Below, piece by piece: positions 24,810 to 35,220 of a DNA stretch of 45,020 bases. Origin of the DNA: a virus. How positions within the stretch are numbered: position 1 is the first letter of the stretch; each line of letters starts with the position of its first letter. The stretch lies in IMG/VR virus record IMGVR_UViG_3300005939_000012; one strand, 5' to 3'. The translations under genes and the position numbers were made by a program. The notes under the pieces are model-generated. The model worked only from the letters and a program-made list of their open reading frames with translations. It ran no database searches and was not told the DNA's origin.

Positions 24810-25475
24810 ATGAGAAATTACGGATCGAAGGACATCATGAGAATGGAGTCCATCAAACAAAAAGCAAGAGGTGATTATATGAATGAAGTCATGTATGCTT
24901 ATAATATGTCATGCGCAATCACAGAACCAGGCAAAGCAATGGCTCGAGGTTATGCAGCTCAAGAAGTTTTTGGAGATCAATCAGTGATTGGCCAAGTATT
25001 TTTTGAAAGAGCGTATGATTTAAGTGGAGGAAAGGAAGTAAGACCAGTTGCCTCAGTTAACCCTCTAGACACTTCTGAAGAAGGTATAGAAGCTGAATAT
25101 GAGAATATACCTATAGATGAACAACCTGCCTCTAGAAGGGAAAACAGGCTTATGACTTCAAATGCAAGACATAAAACTCCGTTTTCACGAATCGTAGCGT
25201 TAGGAAAAATTAACGTTCATAAAGGTACTGGTCCTCAATTTAATTTATCTCTTCATGCTGTTGGCACAATGGAAATGTGGCAGACTGATGAAGGTAGATA
25301 TAGAATGATATATACAACTCATTATGATCCCATTTATAAAATAGGAGATCAACGGGTTTTCAAATATGAAGATAAAACTGTTGATTGGAAAATGGTGGAT
25401 TATATTGAAGCTAAAAATGTTTCTAACTTTGCTCCTTTATATGGAAAGTCAATCAATATATATACATATGACTAA
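24810..25475 (+). CDS. hypothetical protein
   Basis: 221 aa. Confidence 0.45.
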   Translation: MRNYGSKDIMRMESIKQKARGDYMNEVMYAYNMSCAITEPGKAMARGYAAQEVFGDQSVIGQVFFERAYDLSGGKEVRPVASVNPLDTSEEGIEAEYENIPIDEQPASRRENRLMTSNARHKTPFSRIVALGKINVHKGTGPQFNLSLHAVGTMEMWQTDEGRYRMIYTTHYDPIYKIGDQRVFKYEDKTVDWKMVDYIEAKNVSNFAPLYGKSINIYTYD

Positions 25476-25517
25476 TGTGAAACCATTTTAAATAGCGACC
25501 ATATAAATATAAAAAAT

Positions 25518-25685
25518 ATGACAACAATTAATAAAATACCCATAGTAATGTTAAATTATAACTCTACAAAGAAGGCGGTTGGAAATGACCCAATTAATGA
25601 TATACTAAGGGGCGTTAATGCGAATTTGGTTGCATCTCCAGGATTAAAATATGAAAAATGTATCGGCTTAGATGTGTTCATCTAA
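25518..25685 (+). CDS. small hypothetical protein (55 aa)
   Basis: ATG at 25518 running to a TAA inside the palindrome. Below the ORF-track cutoff. Confidence 0.2.
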   Translation: MTTINKIPIVMLNYNSTKKAVGNDPINDILRGVNANLVASPGLKYEKCIGLDVFI

Positions 25686-25694
25686 GCCGATACA
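25659..25694 (+). other. perfect 16-bp inverted repeat hairpin
   Basis: TGTATCGGCTTAGATG-TGTT-CATCTAAGCCGATACA. Confidence 0.65.
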
Positions 25695-25715
25695 GATGTA
25701 TATTATGGAGGTAAA

Positions 25716-25922
25716 ATGGTAGAACTTGCAACTACTGCAGATGCAGAAAAAACATGGGGTGTTCCTTATGAAAATGTTGGAGGAACTGTTGGAAGTAGTA
25801 CTAAATCAATATGTTCTTATTCTGAATTTAAAGATATAACTGATTTAGTGTTTACTCAGTTTGCTGCAATTAAAAATATAACATTTGATCAAATGGCTAA
25901 GATATTTAAAGATTTTTTTTAA
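25716..25922 (+). CDS. hypothetical protein
   Basis: 68 aa. A GGAGG ribosome-binding site lies upstream. Confidence 0.35.
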   Translation: MVELATTADAEKTWGVPYENVGGTVGSSTKSICSYSEFKDITDLVFTQFAAIKNITFDQMAKIFKDFF

Positions 25923-25934
25923 CACAAACTTAAT

Positions 25935-25966
25935 AAGCCGAGATTTTTTAGTCTCGGCTTTTTTTG
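25935..25966 (+). terminator. rho-independent terminator
   Basis: AAGCCGAGA-TTTTTTAG-TCTCGGCTT followed by TTTTT. The -10-like TGTTATATTA follows immediately. Confidence 0.75.
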
Positions 25967-25978
25967 TTATATTAGAAT

Positions 25979-26197
25979 ATGATATTACCAAAATATGTAA
26001 AATTAGGGCATTCTGCACTTAGATTAGTAGGAAAGACCTATTACAGGGATGGAGGAAATTGGAATGTTCAATATAGAATAGTTGATGGAGAATTAATAAG
26101 TTGGAATTGGGGACAAGGAATGCCTTGGTTACATAAAGTCCCTTTAGTTGAAATAACTGAAGAGGAATGGAGAAAAGATAATGCTGGTTACGTATAA
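25979..26197 (+). CDS. hypothetical protein
   Basis: 72 aa. Confidence 0.35.
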   Translation: MILPKYVKLGHSALRLVGKTYYRDGGNWNVQYRIVDGELISWNWGQGMPWLHKVPLVEITEEEWRKDNAGYV

Positions 26198-26207
26198 AAA
26201 TTAAATT

Positions 26208-26426
26208 ATGAGCGAAACAACCCATTGGCTAGAAATACTTAACGAACGGAATAAAATCCGAGTTATATTTTGGAGTGCATTTGCTAAAAAAAGATATTAT
26301 GTCTTTGAACAGCAAATTGAAGCCGGTAAATATGCTTGGAGCGCTTTTAAAGATACTCAAAAAATGTCTTATAAAAAAGTAAGACAAGAATACATAAGAA
26401 TAAGAATTTCAAAATTACAAAAATGA
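26208..26426 (+). CDS. hypothetical protein
   Basis: 72 aa. Confidence 0.35.
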   Translation: MSETTHWLEILNERNKIRVIFWSAFAKKRYYVFEQQIEAGKYAWSAFKDTQKMSYKKVRQEYIRIRISKLQK

Positions 26427-26737
26427 AAAAAATATTTTTTATCTTTGCAGCATTTTTAATGCTTACATCATGTGAAATTGGTTTGAATAATCAGTCTATT
26501 AAATATAGAATGGAAGTGTATGAAAATATGGTTCCACCTATAATTGTAGTTGCTCAGGCAGATAGAAATGTTACTGCAACAAATAAAAAAGGAGAAGCTA
26601 TTGATGGATTAAGGGGATCTATTTTATTGCAAGATTCTGAAGGTACCTCTGTTACTTTTACTGATAGTGAACCTTATGGATCAACTTTAGTAGCTAGTTA
26701 TGTAAAAGGTGATACATTGTTAAGTATAACAAAATGA
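26423..26737 (+). CDS. lipoprotein
   Basis: Lipobox LTSC. Confidence 0.4.
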   Translation: MKKIFFIFAAFLMLTSCEIGLNNQSIKYRMEVYENMVPPIIVVAQADRNVTATNKKGEAIDGLRGSILLQDSEGTSVTFTDSEPYGSTLVASYVKGDTLLSITK

Positions 26738-26943
26738 CAACATCCGAACAAGCTACAATAAAAGCGTTAGCAGAATCATTACGTGATTCTTCAAATACTG
26801 AATGGACTACCGGAGAATTCAGGCAATGGACTAATTATGCTAAAACAATGAGAGATACCATTCGGACAGTAGTTCCTGTTTTGCGGGAATTAGCTAAAAC
26901 TCCTCCAGAAGATTCAAAACCAGATCCCTTAGACTTAAATTAA
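26734..26943 (+). CDS. hypothetical protein
   Basis: 69 aa. Confidence 0.35.
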   Translation: MTTSEQATIKALAESLRDSSNTEWTTGEFRQWTNYAKTMRDTIRTVVPVLRELAKTPPEDSKPDPLDLN

Positions 26944-27450
26944 ATGAAAAAACTTCACGACGTATTTATGAAAACAGCTTTTCTTTTTGCAGAGAAAAGT
27001 AAATGTGTTAGTCATCATGTTGGAGCTGTTGTTGTAAAAAATAATAGAATCATCATTAGTGGAATTAATGGTTCTCCAACTGGATTGCCAAATTGCTGTG
27101 AAATATTTGATAAGAATAAGTTTGATAGAGAAGAACATCATGTTTGGTCTAAAGATAATGAGATCCATGCAGAGATGAACACTATTGCCTTTGCAGCTAA
27201 ACATAATGTTGAATTAGATGGATGTGATATCTATGTTACAATTTCTCCATGTAATGAATGTCTTAAAAATCTAGTTCCTACGGGGATTACGAATGTTTAT
27301 TTCTTATATCCTTATGATAAATCTACATTGAATCCGGTAATACTTCAAAAACTTAATGTTGTAGAAGTTCCCGGGGCTAAAGAAATAAAAGAATGGGTGG
27401 AAGGCAATGATTTGCTATACATACCAAAACAAAAACAACTTAAAAAATAA
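26944..27450 (+). CDS. dCMP/cytidine deaminase family protein
   Basis: HAEMNTI...PCNEC is the CDA-fold zinc-binding motif. Confidence 0.7.
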   Translation: MKKLHDVFMKTAFLFAEKSKCVSHHVGAVVVKNNRIIISGINGSPTGLPNCCEIFDKNKFDREEHHVWSKDNEIHAEMNTIAFAAKHNVELDGCDIYVTISPCNECLKNLVPTGITNVYFLYPYDKSTLNPVILQKLNVVEVPGAKEIKEWVEGNDLLYIPKQKQLKK

Positions 27451-27462
27451 ATCCCCCGATAT

Positions 27463-27492
27463 TTTTTCGTGTCAATTAAATTGGTTATATTA
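27463..27492 (+). promoter_or_regulatory. promoter-like motif, CGTGTC-box variant
   Basis: TTTTTTCGTGTCAATTAAATTGGTTATATTA. Confidence 0.45.
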
Positions 27493-27515
27493 TTCATGTA
27501 ATAAAATAAACAGTT

Positions 27516-27734
27516 ATGGTTACAAACGAAACTTTATTAGAATGGTATATGAAGGGATTCGACGACGAATTAGATGGGACATCTTCCTTAATGTCAAAGC
27601 ATGAGTCGTTGAATATTGCATATAACGTCGGAGCATTAGATGCTGAATATGGTGACGATGATACTGAAACTGATTACATAAGTGATAGAGAATTATTGAT
27701 AAAAATTAAACAATTTGTTGAAAATGGAAAGTAA
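27516..27734 (+). CDS. hypothetical acidic protein
   Basis: 72 aa. Confidence 0.35.
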   Translation: MVTNETLLEWYMKGFDDELDGTSSLMSKHESLNIAYNVGALDAEYGDDDTETDYISDRELLIKIKQFVENGK

Positions 27735-28602
27735 AATTAATTACGAATCAGCAATCAAAAACATTAGGTCAGAGCTTAAAACTTACTTAGTTGATAGTAA
27801 CCTAAAGTCTGTAGTACTCGGTGTATCTGGGGGCATCGATAGCACCCTCTGTGCATTGCTAGCCCAACCAGTTTGTCATGATTTAAACATCCCCTTAATT
27901 GGTAGATCCCTACCATCAAGTTCTAATTCAGAAGGTGAAAATACAAGAGCCATGGTAATTGGGGACTTATTTTGCGATAATTTCAAAGAAGTAAATATTA
28001 GTCGACAAACTGACAGTCTTATTCATTTAGTAGACGAACCTTATCATAATCAAGATGAATCGTGGCGGTTGTATGCTGAGGAACGTGCCATTCAAAATGG
28101 TAATGTTAAAGCTAGAGTTCGAATGATTTATCTTTATGATTTAGCAAGTATAAATCAAGGTGTTGTTCTTTCTACTGATAATTGGACAGAATATCTTCTT
28201 GGTTTTTGGACATTGCATGGAGATGTAGGAGATTATGGGATGGTACAAAGTCTGTGGAAAACAGAGGTTTATGAAATGTCTGATTGGATTGTAAAAAATG
28301 AATTAACATCAGATTTTGTAAAAGAAGCAGTTCAAGAGGTAATAAATGCGGATGCTACTGATGGTCTTGGTATTTCAAAATCTGATATGGATCAAATTAT
28401 GCCCGGGTGGAAAGGAAGTTCCAGAGCTGGATATGCAGAAGTTGATAAAATACTTATGAAAGCAGTTGATCTTGTAAAATTTCCAAAATCATTAGCAAAA
28501 AGATATCCCGAATCTCATCCTGTTATTGATAGACATTTAAGAACTGAATTTAAGAGACATAATCCTCTTAATATTTCAAGAGAAAATATTATAAATAAAT
28601 AA
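27715..28602 (+). CDS. nadE: NAD+ synthetase (NadE-type)
   Basis: VLGVSGGIDSTLCALLA is a PP-loop SGGxDS ATP pyrophosphatase motif. Confidence 0.75.
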   Translation: MLKMESKINYESAIKNIRSELKTYLVDSNLKSVVLGVSGGIDSTLCALLAQPVCHDLNIPLIGRSLPSSSNSEGENTRAMVIGDLFCDNFKEVNISRQTDSLIHLVDEPYHNQDESWRLYAEERAIQNGNVKARVRMIYLYDLASINQGVVLSTDNWTEYLLGFWTLHGDVGDYGMVQSLWKTEVYEMSDWIVKNELTSDFVKEAVQEVINADATDGLGISKSDMDQIMPGWKGSSRAGYAEVDKILMKAVDLVKFPKSLAKRYPESHPVIDRHLRTEFKRHNPLNISRENIINK

Positions 28603-28616
28603 CACATACACATATT

Positions 28617-28928
28617 ATGAAAATTACATTTATTAAATTTATTTTGTGGTTCTATACCAACCATATTCAAGAGGATTGGTCGGATTACAATAAAATAGGA
28701 AAAATTATTATTTTTCCTGCATGGTTTGTTCGATCCGTTGTATTTTGGATCGTATGTCCACTTTTTATTCCGGAATATATGTTTAAACAAAGTGAAGTTT
28801 ATCATGCTTTTGAACAACAAGGCAAGCTTACTCCACAACAAATGGCAGAATTTAACAAAATTCAAAAGCAAAATTTCCTTAATAAGAAATATGGAAAGAA
28901 TGGTCAAGGTAACAAACTAAATAAATAA
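28617..28928 (+). CDS. membrane protein
   Basis: Two hydrophobic helices. Confidence 0.4.
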   Translation: MKITFIKFILWFYTNHIQEDWSDYNKIGKIIIFPAWFVRSVVFWIVCPLFIPEYMFKQSEVYHAFEQQGKLTPQQMAEFNKIQKQNFLNKKYGKNGQGNKLNK

Positions 28929-28997
28929 TTTTAACAAAAAATTAATACAGAAAATGGCATCTGTGTTAATTTTTTGGTTATATTAATATAAATTAAT

Positions 28998-29675
28998 TTA
29001 ATTAGTTCTTTTAATTATTGAAATATTTGATTCTATTAATATTCGTTTAACGGTTTGGGGAGAAGTTTTAAATTTAATTCCTATTTTATTCATTGAAATA
29101 TTATTTAAATAATCTTTGATAATTGAATTTATATCTTTTTTAGAAAAATGGATATATCTTCCATTATTTTTACCAGAATTTTTTTGACTGATAGAATTTT
29201 TGGTTTCTTTAGAATGTTTTCGGTTCTTTGATGTTTTGGATATTGTGGTACGATATGTAGGATGATTTTGATATCGTTCTTTTATAGATTTACTAATTTT
29301 ATTTTTAGTATCTTTTTTGAATGATTTAGCGTTCCAATTTGGATTGTTTTCACCCATACATTTTCCTTTTCGAGAAAGACTAATTTTTCTTTTAGTTGAA
29401 TTAGATAACAATGAGTTATTTCCTCCTTCTCTTAAATTATATCCACCTGGATAAATAGAATTAAATTTTTTAATAAAAAGTATTTCGTTATTATTTAGAT
29501 CATCAATATTATTGCATTCTTTGATGATCGTTTTTTGGAAATTTTCCTTTCCATATTTTTTAATAGCTCTTTTTATTAAAAGTCCAGATCCCAAATATTG
29601 ATCATTTACATCTCCAGTATGCTGGCCAATGTAAATAGTACCGTTTATTAAATTTGTTGTTTTATAAATGTACAC
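28998..29675 (-). CDS. GIY-YIG homing endonuclease
   Basis: MYIYKTTNLINGTIYIGQHTG...YLGSG plus NUMOD-like repeats. It is the only convincing minus-strand gene. Confidence 0.7.
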   Translation of the reverse strand: MYIYKTTNLINGTIYIGQHTGDVNDQYLGSGLLIKRAIKKYGKENFQKTIIKECNNIDDLNNNEILFIKKFNSIYPGGYNLREGGNNSLLSNSTKRKISLSRKGKCMGENNPNWNAKSFKKDTKNKISKSIKERYQNHPTYRTTISKTSKNRKHSKETKNSISQKNSGKNNGRYIHFSKKDINSIIKDYLNNISMNKIGIKFKTSPQTVKRILIESNISIIKRTN

Positions 29676-29698
29676 TTTTTATTATATATATTAAAATT

Positions 29699-30376
29699 AT
29701 GAAAGAAAAAAAATACACAAGAAGTAGGAAGGCTTTACTTATCATCGATGCCCAGTATGATTTCATGCCGGCGACTGAAGAGGATTATAAGAATGGACAA
29801 GGGGGAGCATTGGCAGTACCGAACGGTGATCAAATCGTTCCTGTAATAAATGAATTGTTACCCCAATTTGATTTAATTATTTTTACAAAGGACTGGCATC
29901 CTACAGGTATGAAGGCATTTGCCTCTTCATATAAAACTAAGAAGCCATTCGATACGTATAAAGTAAATGGAAAAGAAGATACGTTGTGGCCAGATCATTG
30001 TATTGCCGAATCTTATGGAGCTATGATCCATGAAGGAATAGATCTCAGTTTAATTAAAGATGAAGCTGAATTTTATATCTTTAAAAAAGGATTGGAAAAA
30101 GATAAACATCCTTATTCTGGATTTGATGGAACAGGACTTGGATTCTTTTTAAGAGAGAAAAATATAGAAACTGTATTTATTTGTGGATTGGCAACCGATT
30201 ATTGCTGCAAAGATACAGCAATAGATGCAAATAATGAAGGGTTTGAAACATTCTTTATTATGAATGCAACTAAACCAATTAATCCAGATATAACTAAAAC
30301 TATAAAAGAACTTCATTTGCATGGAGTAAAAATGATAGATTCTTGGCAATTACCTTTAACGTTTTTAACACAATAA
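29699..30376 (+). CDS. pncA: nicotinamidase (PncA, isochorismatase family)
   Basis: LLIIDAQYDF, TKDWHP and CGLATDYCCKD supply the D-K-C triad and the metal site. Start trimmed to the ATG at 29699. Confidence 0.7.
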   Translation: MKEKKYTRSRKALLIIDAQYDFMPATEEDYKNGQGGALAVPNGDQIVPVINELLPQFDLIIFTKDWHPTGMKAFASSYKTKKPFDTYKVNGKEDTLWPDHCIAESYGAMIHEGIDLSLIKDEAEFYIFKKGLEKDKHPYSGFDGTGLGFFLREKNIETVFICGLATDYCCKDTAIDANNEGFETFFIMNATKPINPDITKTIKELHLHGVKMIDSWQLPLTFLTQ

Positions 30377-30406
30377 TCAAATGCACTTATGAATATATAA
30401 AATAAA

Positions 30407-31105
30407 ATGAATTTTGTATATTTAACAACAAATAAATTAAATAGTAAACAATATGTGGGATCTCATAGAGGAAATTTAAATGATTCTTATTTAGGAAGTG
30501 GTTTATATTTATCTGAATCTATTAATTTACACGGTAAAGAAAATTTCAAAAGAAAAATACTGGAAATAACAAAAACAAGAAAAGAAGCTTTTGATTTAGA
30601 AGAATTTTATATTAAGAAATTTAATACTTTACGACCAAAAGGATATAATATAAGTCCTACTGGGGGAATGAACGAATGGGGTGGTATACATTCTGAAGAA
30701 ACTAAAAGAATATTAAGTGAAAAAAGAAAAGGAAAGACACCTTGGAATAAAGGAAAGAAAGGGATATATTCTAAAGAAACTTTAGAAAAAATGAGAATGA
30801 ATTCAAATAATACTGGTAAATATAATCCAATGTTTGGGAAAAAGGGGGCAGATTCTCCAATATTTGGAATAAAGAAAACAAAGGAGCACATAAAAAAATT
30901 AAGCGAAAGTAAAATGGGCAATAAAAATCCAAACGCTAAAAAATATTTTATTCAAACACCAGATAATAAAGAATTTATAGTTAATTCTGCAACCGAATTC
31001 ATAAATAATCATCCTGAATATAATGTGAATAAACATTTTATTTATTATCAATCAAAGAAAAATATTAAACAAGTACCTAATAAATGGTATATCAACTTAA
31101 TGTAA
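30407..31105 (+). CDS. GIY-YIG homing endonuclease
   Basis: FVYLTTNKLNSKQYVGSH...YLGSGLYL with NUMOD3-like repeats. Confidence 0.7.
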   Translation: MNFVYLTTNKLNSKQYVGSHRGNLNDSYLGSGLYLSESINLHGKENFKRKILEITKTRKEAFDLEEFYIKKFNTLRPKGYNISPTGGMNEWGGIHSEETKRILSEKRKGKTPWNKGKKGIYSKETLEKMRMNSNNTGKYNPMFGKKGADSPIFGIKKTKEHIKKLSESKMGNKNPNAKKYFIQTPDNKEFIVNSATEFINNHPEYNVNKHFIYYQSKKNIKQVPNKWYINLM

Positions 31106-31107
31106 AA

Positions 31108-31284
31108 TGAAGAATTTACTAACTAACGGAGAGAAAATATGGGTTGTATCTGTTTTATTATACATATTATGGGTATTTATAGGATTGAATAATAATATTT
31201 CTACACAATTGATACCTATATTAGGTTCGTTAGGGATGATAGTATTTGTAGTAATTGCAAATATAATTAGAATTTTAATTTAAT
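31108..31284 (+). CDS. small membrane protein (58 aa)
   Basis: Hydrophobic ORF below the track cutoff. Confidence 0.25.
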
Positions 31285-31289
31285 GTAAA

Positions 31290-31460
31290 ATGAATAGAGA
31301 AAAAATAGAAAAATTAGCTGAGCTTTATTGCAAAAATACTCATGATGCTTATGTTGTTGCAACTGTTTGCGATGAAGTTATAGATAAATCTGGTGCTCTT
31401 CTTGGAAAAGTAAGAGCTAATGTGAGAGAGAAAAATAGAATAAAAAATGCCGCATCGTAA
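31290..31460 (+). CDS. small hypothetical protein (56 aa)
   Basis: ORF MNREKIEKLAELY... overlapping the next start. Confidence 0.25.
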   Translation: MNREKIEKLAELYCKNTHDAYVVATVCDEVIDKSGALLGKVRANVREKNRIKNAAS

Positions 31461-31965
31461 AAACATAAAGGATAAGGCAGAATTTTATGCACGTAAAGTA
31501 CATGGAATTACTGGACAGATGTTTGATAATCATCCATATTGGTATCACTTAATAGGTGTGGCTAGAGTCGCAGAAAGATTTATTTATCTTATACCTAAAG
31601 AGGATAGAGATACTGTGTATGGTGGATGCTGGTGTCATGACACTATTGAAGATGCTGGTGTAACTTACAATAATGTAAAGGAAGCCACAAATTTAATAGT
31701 AGCAGAATATTCATATGCGCTTACTAATGATAAAGGTAGAAACCGAGCAGAAAGAGCAGGTCCTGGATATTATTACGGGATTAGAATATACAAACATGCC
31801 TCTTTTATAAAGTTATGTGATAGAATTTTTAATGTTGAATATTCCAGAACTCATGGAACTAGAATGTATTCTATGTATAAGAAAGAATATGAAAAATTCA
31901 GAAAAGAATTATATGATGGTAGATGGGAAGAAATGTGGGAACATCTTGATTATCTATTAAAATAA
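31447..31965 (+). CDS. HD-domain phosphohydrolase
   Basis: YWYHL...WCHDTIED. Confidence 0.5.
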   Translation: MPHRKNIKDKAEFYARKVHGITGQMFDNHPYWYHLIGVARVAERFIYLIPKEDRDTVYGGCWCHDTIEDAGVTYNNVKEATNLIVAEYSYALTNDKGRNRAERAGPGYYYGIRIYKHASFIKLCDRIFNVEYSRTHGTRMYSMYKKEYEKFRKELYDGRWEEMWEHLDYLLK

Positions 31966-31973
31966 GATTTATA

Positions 31974-32426
31974 ATGGAACAAATACCACAATCAATATAT
32001 GATTTTAAAAAAGGAGATTTGATTACTAGAATCATTCCTTCTAAACCTATCGAAGTCTTTGGAGAGGAAACTATAGTAGATAGAAATTTTATTGGAGATG
32101 CACTTCTTTTTCTCGGCGTAGCGAATGGATGTGTTTATGTCGAAAAAGATGGGGTGCGTCCTAGTAAAATGGATAGTGGAAGAATGAATGATGGGGGATC
32201 GGCATTTCTTAAAATGATATTCGCTAGTGATGGACCAATTAATTTACCATTGGATGCTTATGATGAAGGGTGGTCGTATTTTGTAGATCCCTATAATATT
32301 GGAGAAAAAGGTATACATGAATTCGAAGAAACCCTTGATACTCTTAAGAAAAAGTTAAAAGCTGCATTAGCTAAAGAAGATTATGAAGCAGCAGATAAAA
32401 TTAAGCTAAAAATATCAAAATTATAG
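31974..32426 (+). CDS. hypothetical protein
   Basis: 150 aa, ending in TAG. Confidence 0.4.
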   Translation: MEQIPQSIYDFKKGDLITRIIPSKPIEVFGEETIVDRNFIGDALLFLGVANGCVYVEKDGVRPSKMDSGRMNDGGSAFLKMIFASDGPINLPLDAYDEGWSYFVDPYNIGEKGIHEFEETLDTLKKKLKAALAKEDYEAADKIKLKISKL

Positions 32427-32434
32427 CTCAGAAT

Positions 32435-32464
32435 TTTTTAGTCCCAAAGTAATTGGTTATATTA
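32435..32464 (+). promoter_or_regulatory. conserved promoter-like motif
   Basis: TTTTTTAGTCCCAAAG-TAATT-GGTTATATTA. Confidence 0.45.
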
Positions 32465-32498
32465 CTTCTGTTATTAAAGATACTTAAATCTATACAGA

Positions 32499-33440
32499 AT
32501 GAATTTCATACAAAGTATATCAGTAGTTGTACCTACTAAAGCATGTGTTAACAATTGTAAGTTTTGTGTATCTAGAATGCATGATAATCCTTATGAAAAG
32601 AAATTTGATGAGATTGCTTATCGTAAAAGAATAAAAAGAGCATCTATTGAACATGTCAGTACAATGATTATCACCGGAACAGGTGAAGCACTTCAAAACA
32701 TCCCCTTTCTTAGAAAATTAAGAATTGTCCTTGACAAAGAGGGACATCCTTTCCCAAATGTAGAACTCCAAACTTCCGGAGTAATGTTAATGAAATCTGA
32801 ACTTGTTATAAATTCATTCAATAAAGAAGAATATACCACATATCCTAATGTTGAAATACTTAAAGAGTTAGGTGTCAACACAATATCCCTTTCAGTTTCT
32901 GATATTTTTAATGGAAAGAATAATTGGGATATTATTGGAGCTCCTGCATCGCTCAGAGTAGAATTAGATGAATTATGTGAATTTATTAAACAACAAGGAT
33001 TCAATCTTAGGTTATCATTAAATATGACAAGCGCATATGACACAATATCACCCGAAGATATTCTAGCTCAATGTAAACTTCTTGGAGCTGATCAAGTTAC
33101 ATTTCGTAAACTTTATGGTGGAGGATTAGATAATCCTGAATCTAAATGGGTTGATGCAAATGCATGTGGTGATCATATTATTGATCAAATAGACTCATAT
33201 ATTGGTGGTAATTGGGATGGAGATGGATTCGGAAATGAATGGAGAAATGACGGTGAAGGAAAAGCTGGTTATAAACTTCCATTTGGAGCCTGGGTTTTTT
33301 CTATCAATGGAATGTCAGTAGCAATTGATAATGATTGTATGTCAAAAGAAAAACCAACAGAAACTTTGAAATATGTTATTCTAAGAGAAAATGGAAAACT
33401 CTATTGGGCTTGGGACGATGAAGGATCTTTAATATTTTAA
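32499..33440 (+). CDS. radical SAM domain protein
   Basis: CVNNCKFCVS is a CxxxCxxC motif. Confidence 0.6.
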   Translation: MNFIQSISVVVPTKACVNNCKFCVSRMHDNPYEKKFDEIAYRKRIKRASIEHVSTMIITGTGEALQNIPFLRKLRIVLDKEGHPFPNVELQTSGVMLMKSELVINSFNKEEYTTYPNVEILKELGVNTISLSVSDIFNGKNNWDIIGAPASLRVELDELCEFIKQQGFNLRLSLNMTSAYDTISPEDILAQCKLLGADQVTFRKLYGGGLDNPESKWVDANACGDHIIDQIDSYIGGNWDGDGFGNEWRNDGEGKAGYKLPFGAWVFSINGMSVAIDNDCMSKEKPTETLKYVILRENGKLYWAWDDEGSLIF

Positions 33441-33441
33441 T

Positions 33442-33717
33442 ATGGAATTTATTACACCACATTTAATAGCATTTGGATTAACAGTTGTTTGGCATATAGT
33501 TTACATATATGTTATTAAATCCATTGCAAGAAATCAAGCATATATGGCTACCATGATGAATATGATTGCATGGGTTTTATATGCAAAAATCACAATTGGC
33601 TATGTAGATAATAACTGGCTTTTAGTTTCTTCAATGATTGGAGCGGGGGTTGGAACATTTATAACAATGAAATATTTTCCAGATACAAAACATAAAGAAA
33701 ATGGCGATGAATTATAA
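33442..33717 (+). CDS. membrane protein
   Basis: Hydrophobic helices. Confidence 0.4.
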   Translation: MEFITPHLIAFGLTVVWHIVYIYVIKSIARNQAYMATMMNMIAWVLYAKITIGYVDNNWLLVSSMIGAGVGTFITMKYFPDTKHKENGDEL

Positions 33718-34045
33718 AGAAATTAAAGAGAAAATCCAGACAGATCCTTTGTCTGATGGAGAGCTAAAAATAATAGCTAAAATTGAAAAATATATCGATG
33801 AGAAAATTCTAAGAGTTTTTGACGATGATATTATAAGAATTGAATTAGGTACTGCTTCTTTTAAATTTATGCCAGGCGAAGATATATATTTGAATCTTAA
33901 AGAAGTTCGGCGCAAATTAATGAGGAATGAATTAGAAAAGCGATATGAAGATGCCGGATGGATAATTAAAGTAGAAATAGATGATGGTTTAGATGGACCA
34001 AACATGTCAGGCGCAGATTATTGGACACTAAAAGGCAAAAAATAA
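33701..34045 (+). CDS. hypothetical protein
   Basis: 114 aa. Confidence 0.4.
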   Translation: MAMNYKEIKEKIQTDPLSDGELKIIAKIEKYIDEKILRVFDDDIIRIELGTASFKFMPGEDIYLNLKEVRRKLMRNELEKRYEDAGWIIKVEIDDGLDGPNMSGADYWTLKGKK

Positions 34046-35220
34046 TGAAACAAATTATCAACCACATTTTAGATGACGACTTGTATAAATTTACAATGCA
34101 ACAAGCAGTTGTCAAAAAATTCCCTAGAGCAAAAGTAAAATATGCTTTTATAAATAGGGGAGAGACTGAATTTCCTGAAGGATTTGCTGAAGAACTTAGA
34201 AAGCAAGTTAAGATGATGGAAACTTTGGCATTAACTAAAGATCAAAAATCTTGGATGGGTAAGAAATGTTATTATCTTGACCCAACATATCTTGATTTTC
34301 TTTATGGATATAGATTTGATTCTTCTGAAGTTGGAATTATTCAAGAAGGGACATCCCTTAAAATTTCAATTGATGGGTATTGGCACAGGACTATTCTTTG
34401 GGAAGTTCCTTTAATGGCTCTTATTTCAGAATTGTTTTTTATGATGACTGGTGAGATGTTTTGGGATAAGGAAAAAAGATCTAAGAATAATAACGATAAA
34501 AAAATGTTATTCAGATTAAATGGAATTCATTTTGCTGATTTTGCAACAAGGAGAAGAGCATCATTTGATATCCATGATGAATTTGTAGAACAAATGTATA
34601 GTGTACATGGAAATTCAAACTTTGTTGGAACTTCAAATGTGTACTTTGCATACAAATATAATATAACTCCTATTGGAACCCATGCTCACGAATGGTTTAT
34701 GTTCCATGCAGCTAAATATGGTTATAAAATGGCAAACCATTTGTCTATGGAAAACTGGACTGATGTTTATCGTGGAGATCTTGGTATTGCATTATCCGAT
34801 ACATTTACAACTGAAGTATTTTTCAAATCATTCGATAAGAAATTTGCTAAATTGTATGATGGAGTAAGACATGATTCTGGAGATCCTATTGAGTTTGCTG
34901 ATAAGGTAATTGCTCATTATGAAAAACTTGGAATTGACCCAAAATCAAAAGCAATTGTATTTTCTGATTCATTGAATCCTGAAAAGGCTGTTAAAATAAA
35001 AGATCATTGCCGAAGTAAAATTAAATGTTCATTCGGTATTGGAACAAATTTTTCTAATGATGTTGGTGTTAAACCACTTAATATGGTTATTAAGATGGTA
35101 GAAGCTAAACCCGAAGGAGAAGATTGGCATCATACTATTAAACTTTCTGATTCTAAAGGAAAATATACCGGAAACGTAGATGAAATTGTAATAGCTAAAC
35201 ATATATTGAATATAAAATAA
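34021..35220 (+). CDS. pncB: nicotinate phosphoribosyltransferase (PncB)
   Basis: N-terminal DLYKFTMQQAV, and the length matches PncB. Confidence 0.7.
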   Translation: MDTKRQKIMKQIINHILDDDLYKFTMQQAVVKKFPRAKVKYAFINRGETEFPEGFAEELRKQVKMMETLALTKDQKSWMGKKCYYLDPTYLDFLYGYRFDSSEVGIIQEGTSLKISIDGYWHRTILWEVPLMALISELFFMMTGEMFWDKEKRSKNNNDKKMLFRLNGIHFADFATRRRASFDIHDEFVEQMYSVHGNSNFVGTSNVYFAYKYNITPIGTHAHEWFMFHAAKYGYKMANHLSMENWTDVYRGDLGIALSDTFTTEVFFKSFDKKFAKLYDGVRHDSGDPIEFADKVIAHYEKLGIDPKSKAIVFSDSLNPEKAVKIKDHCRSKIKCSFGIGTNFSNDVGVKPLNMVIKMVEAKPEGEDWHHTIKLSDSKGKYTGNVDEIVIAKHILNIK

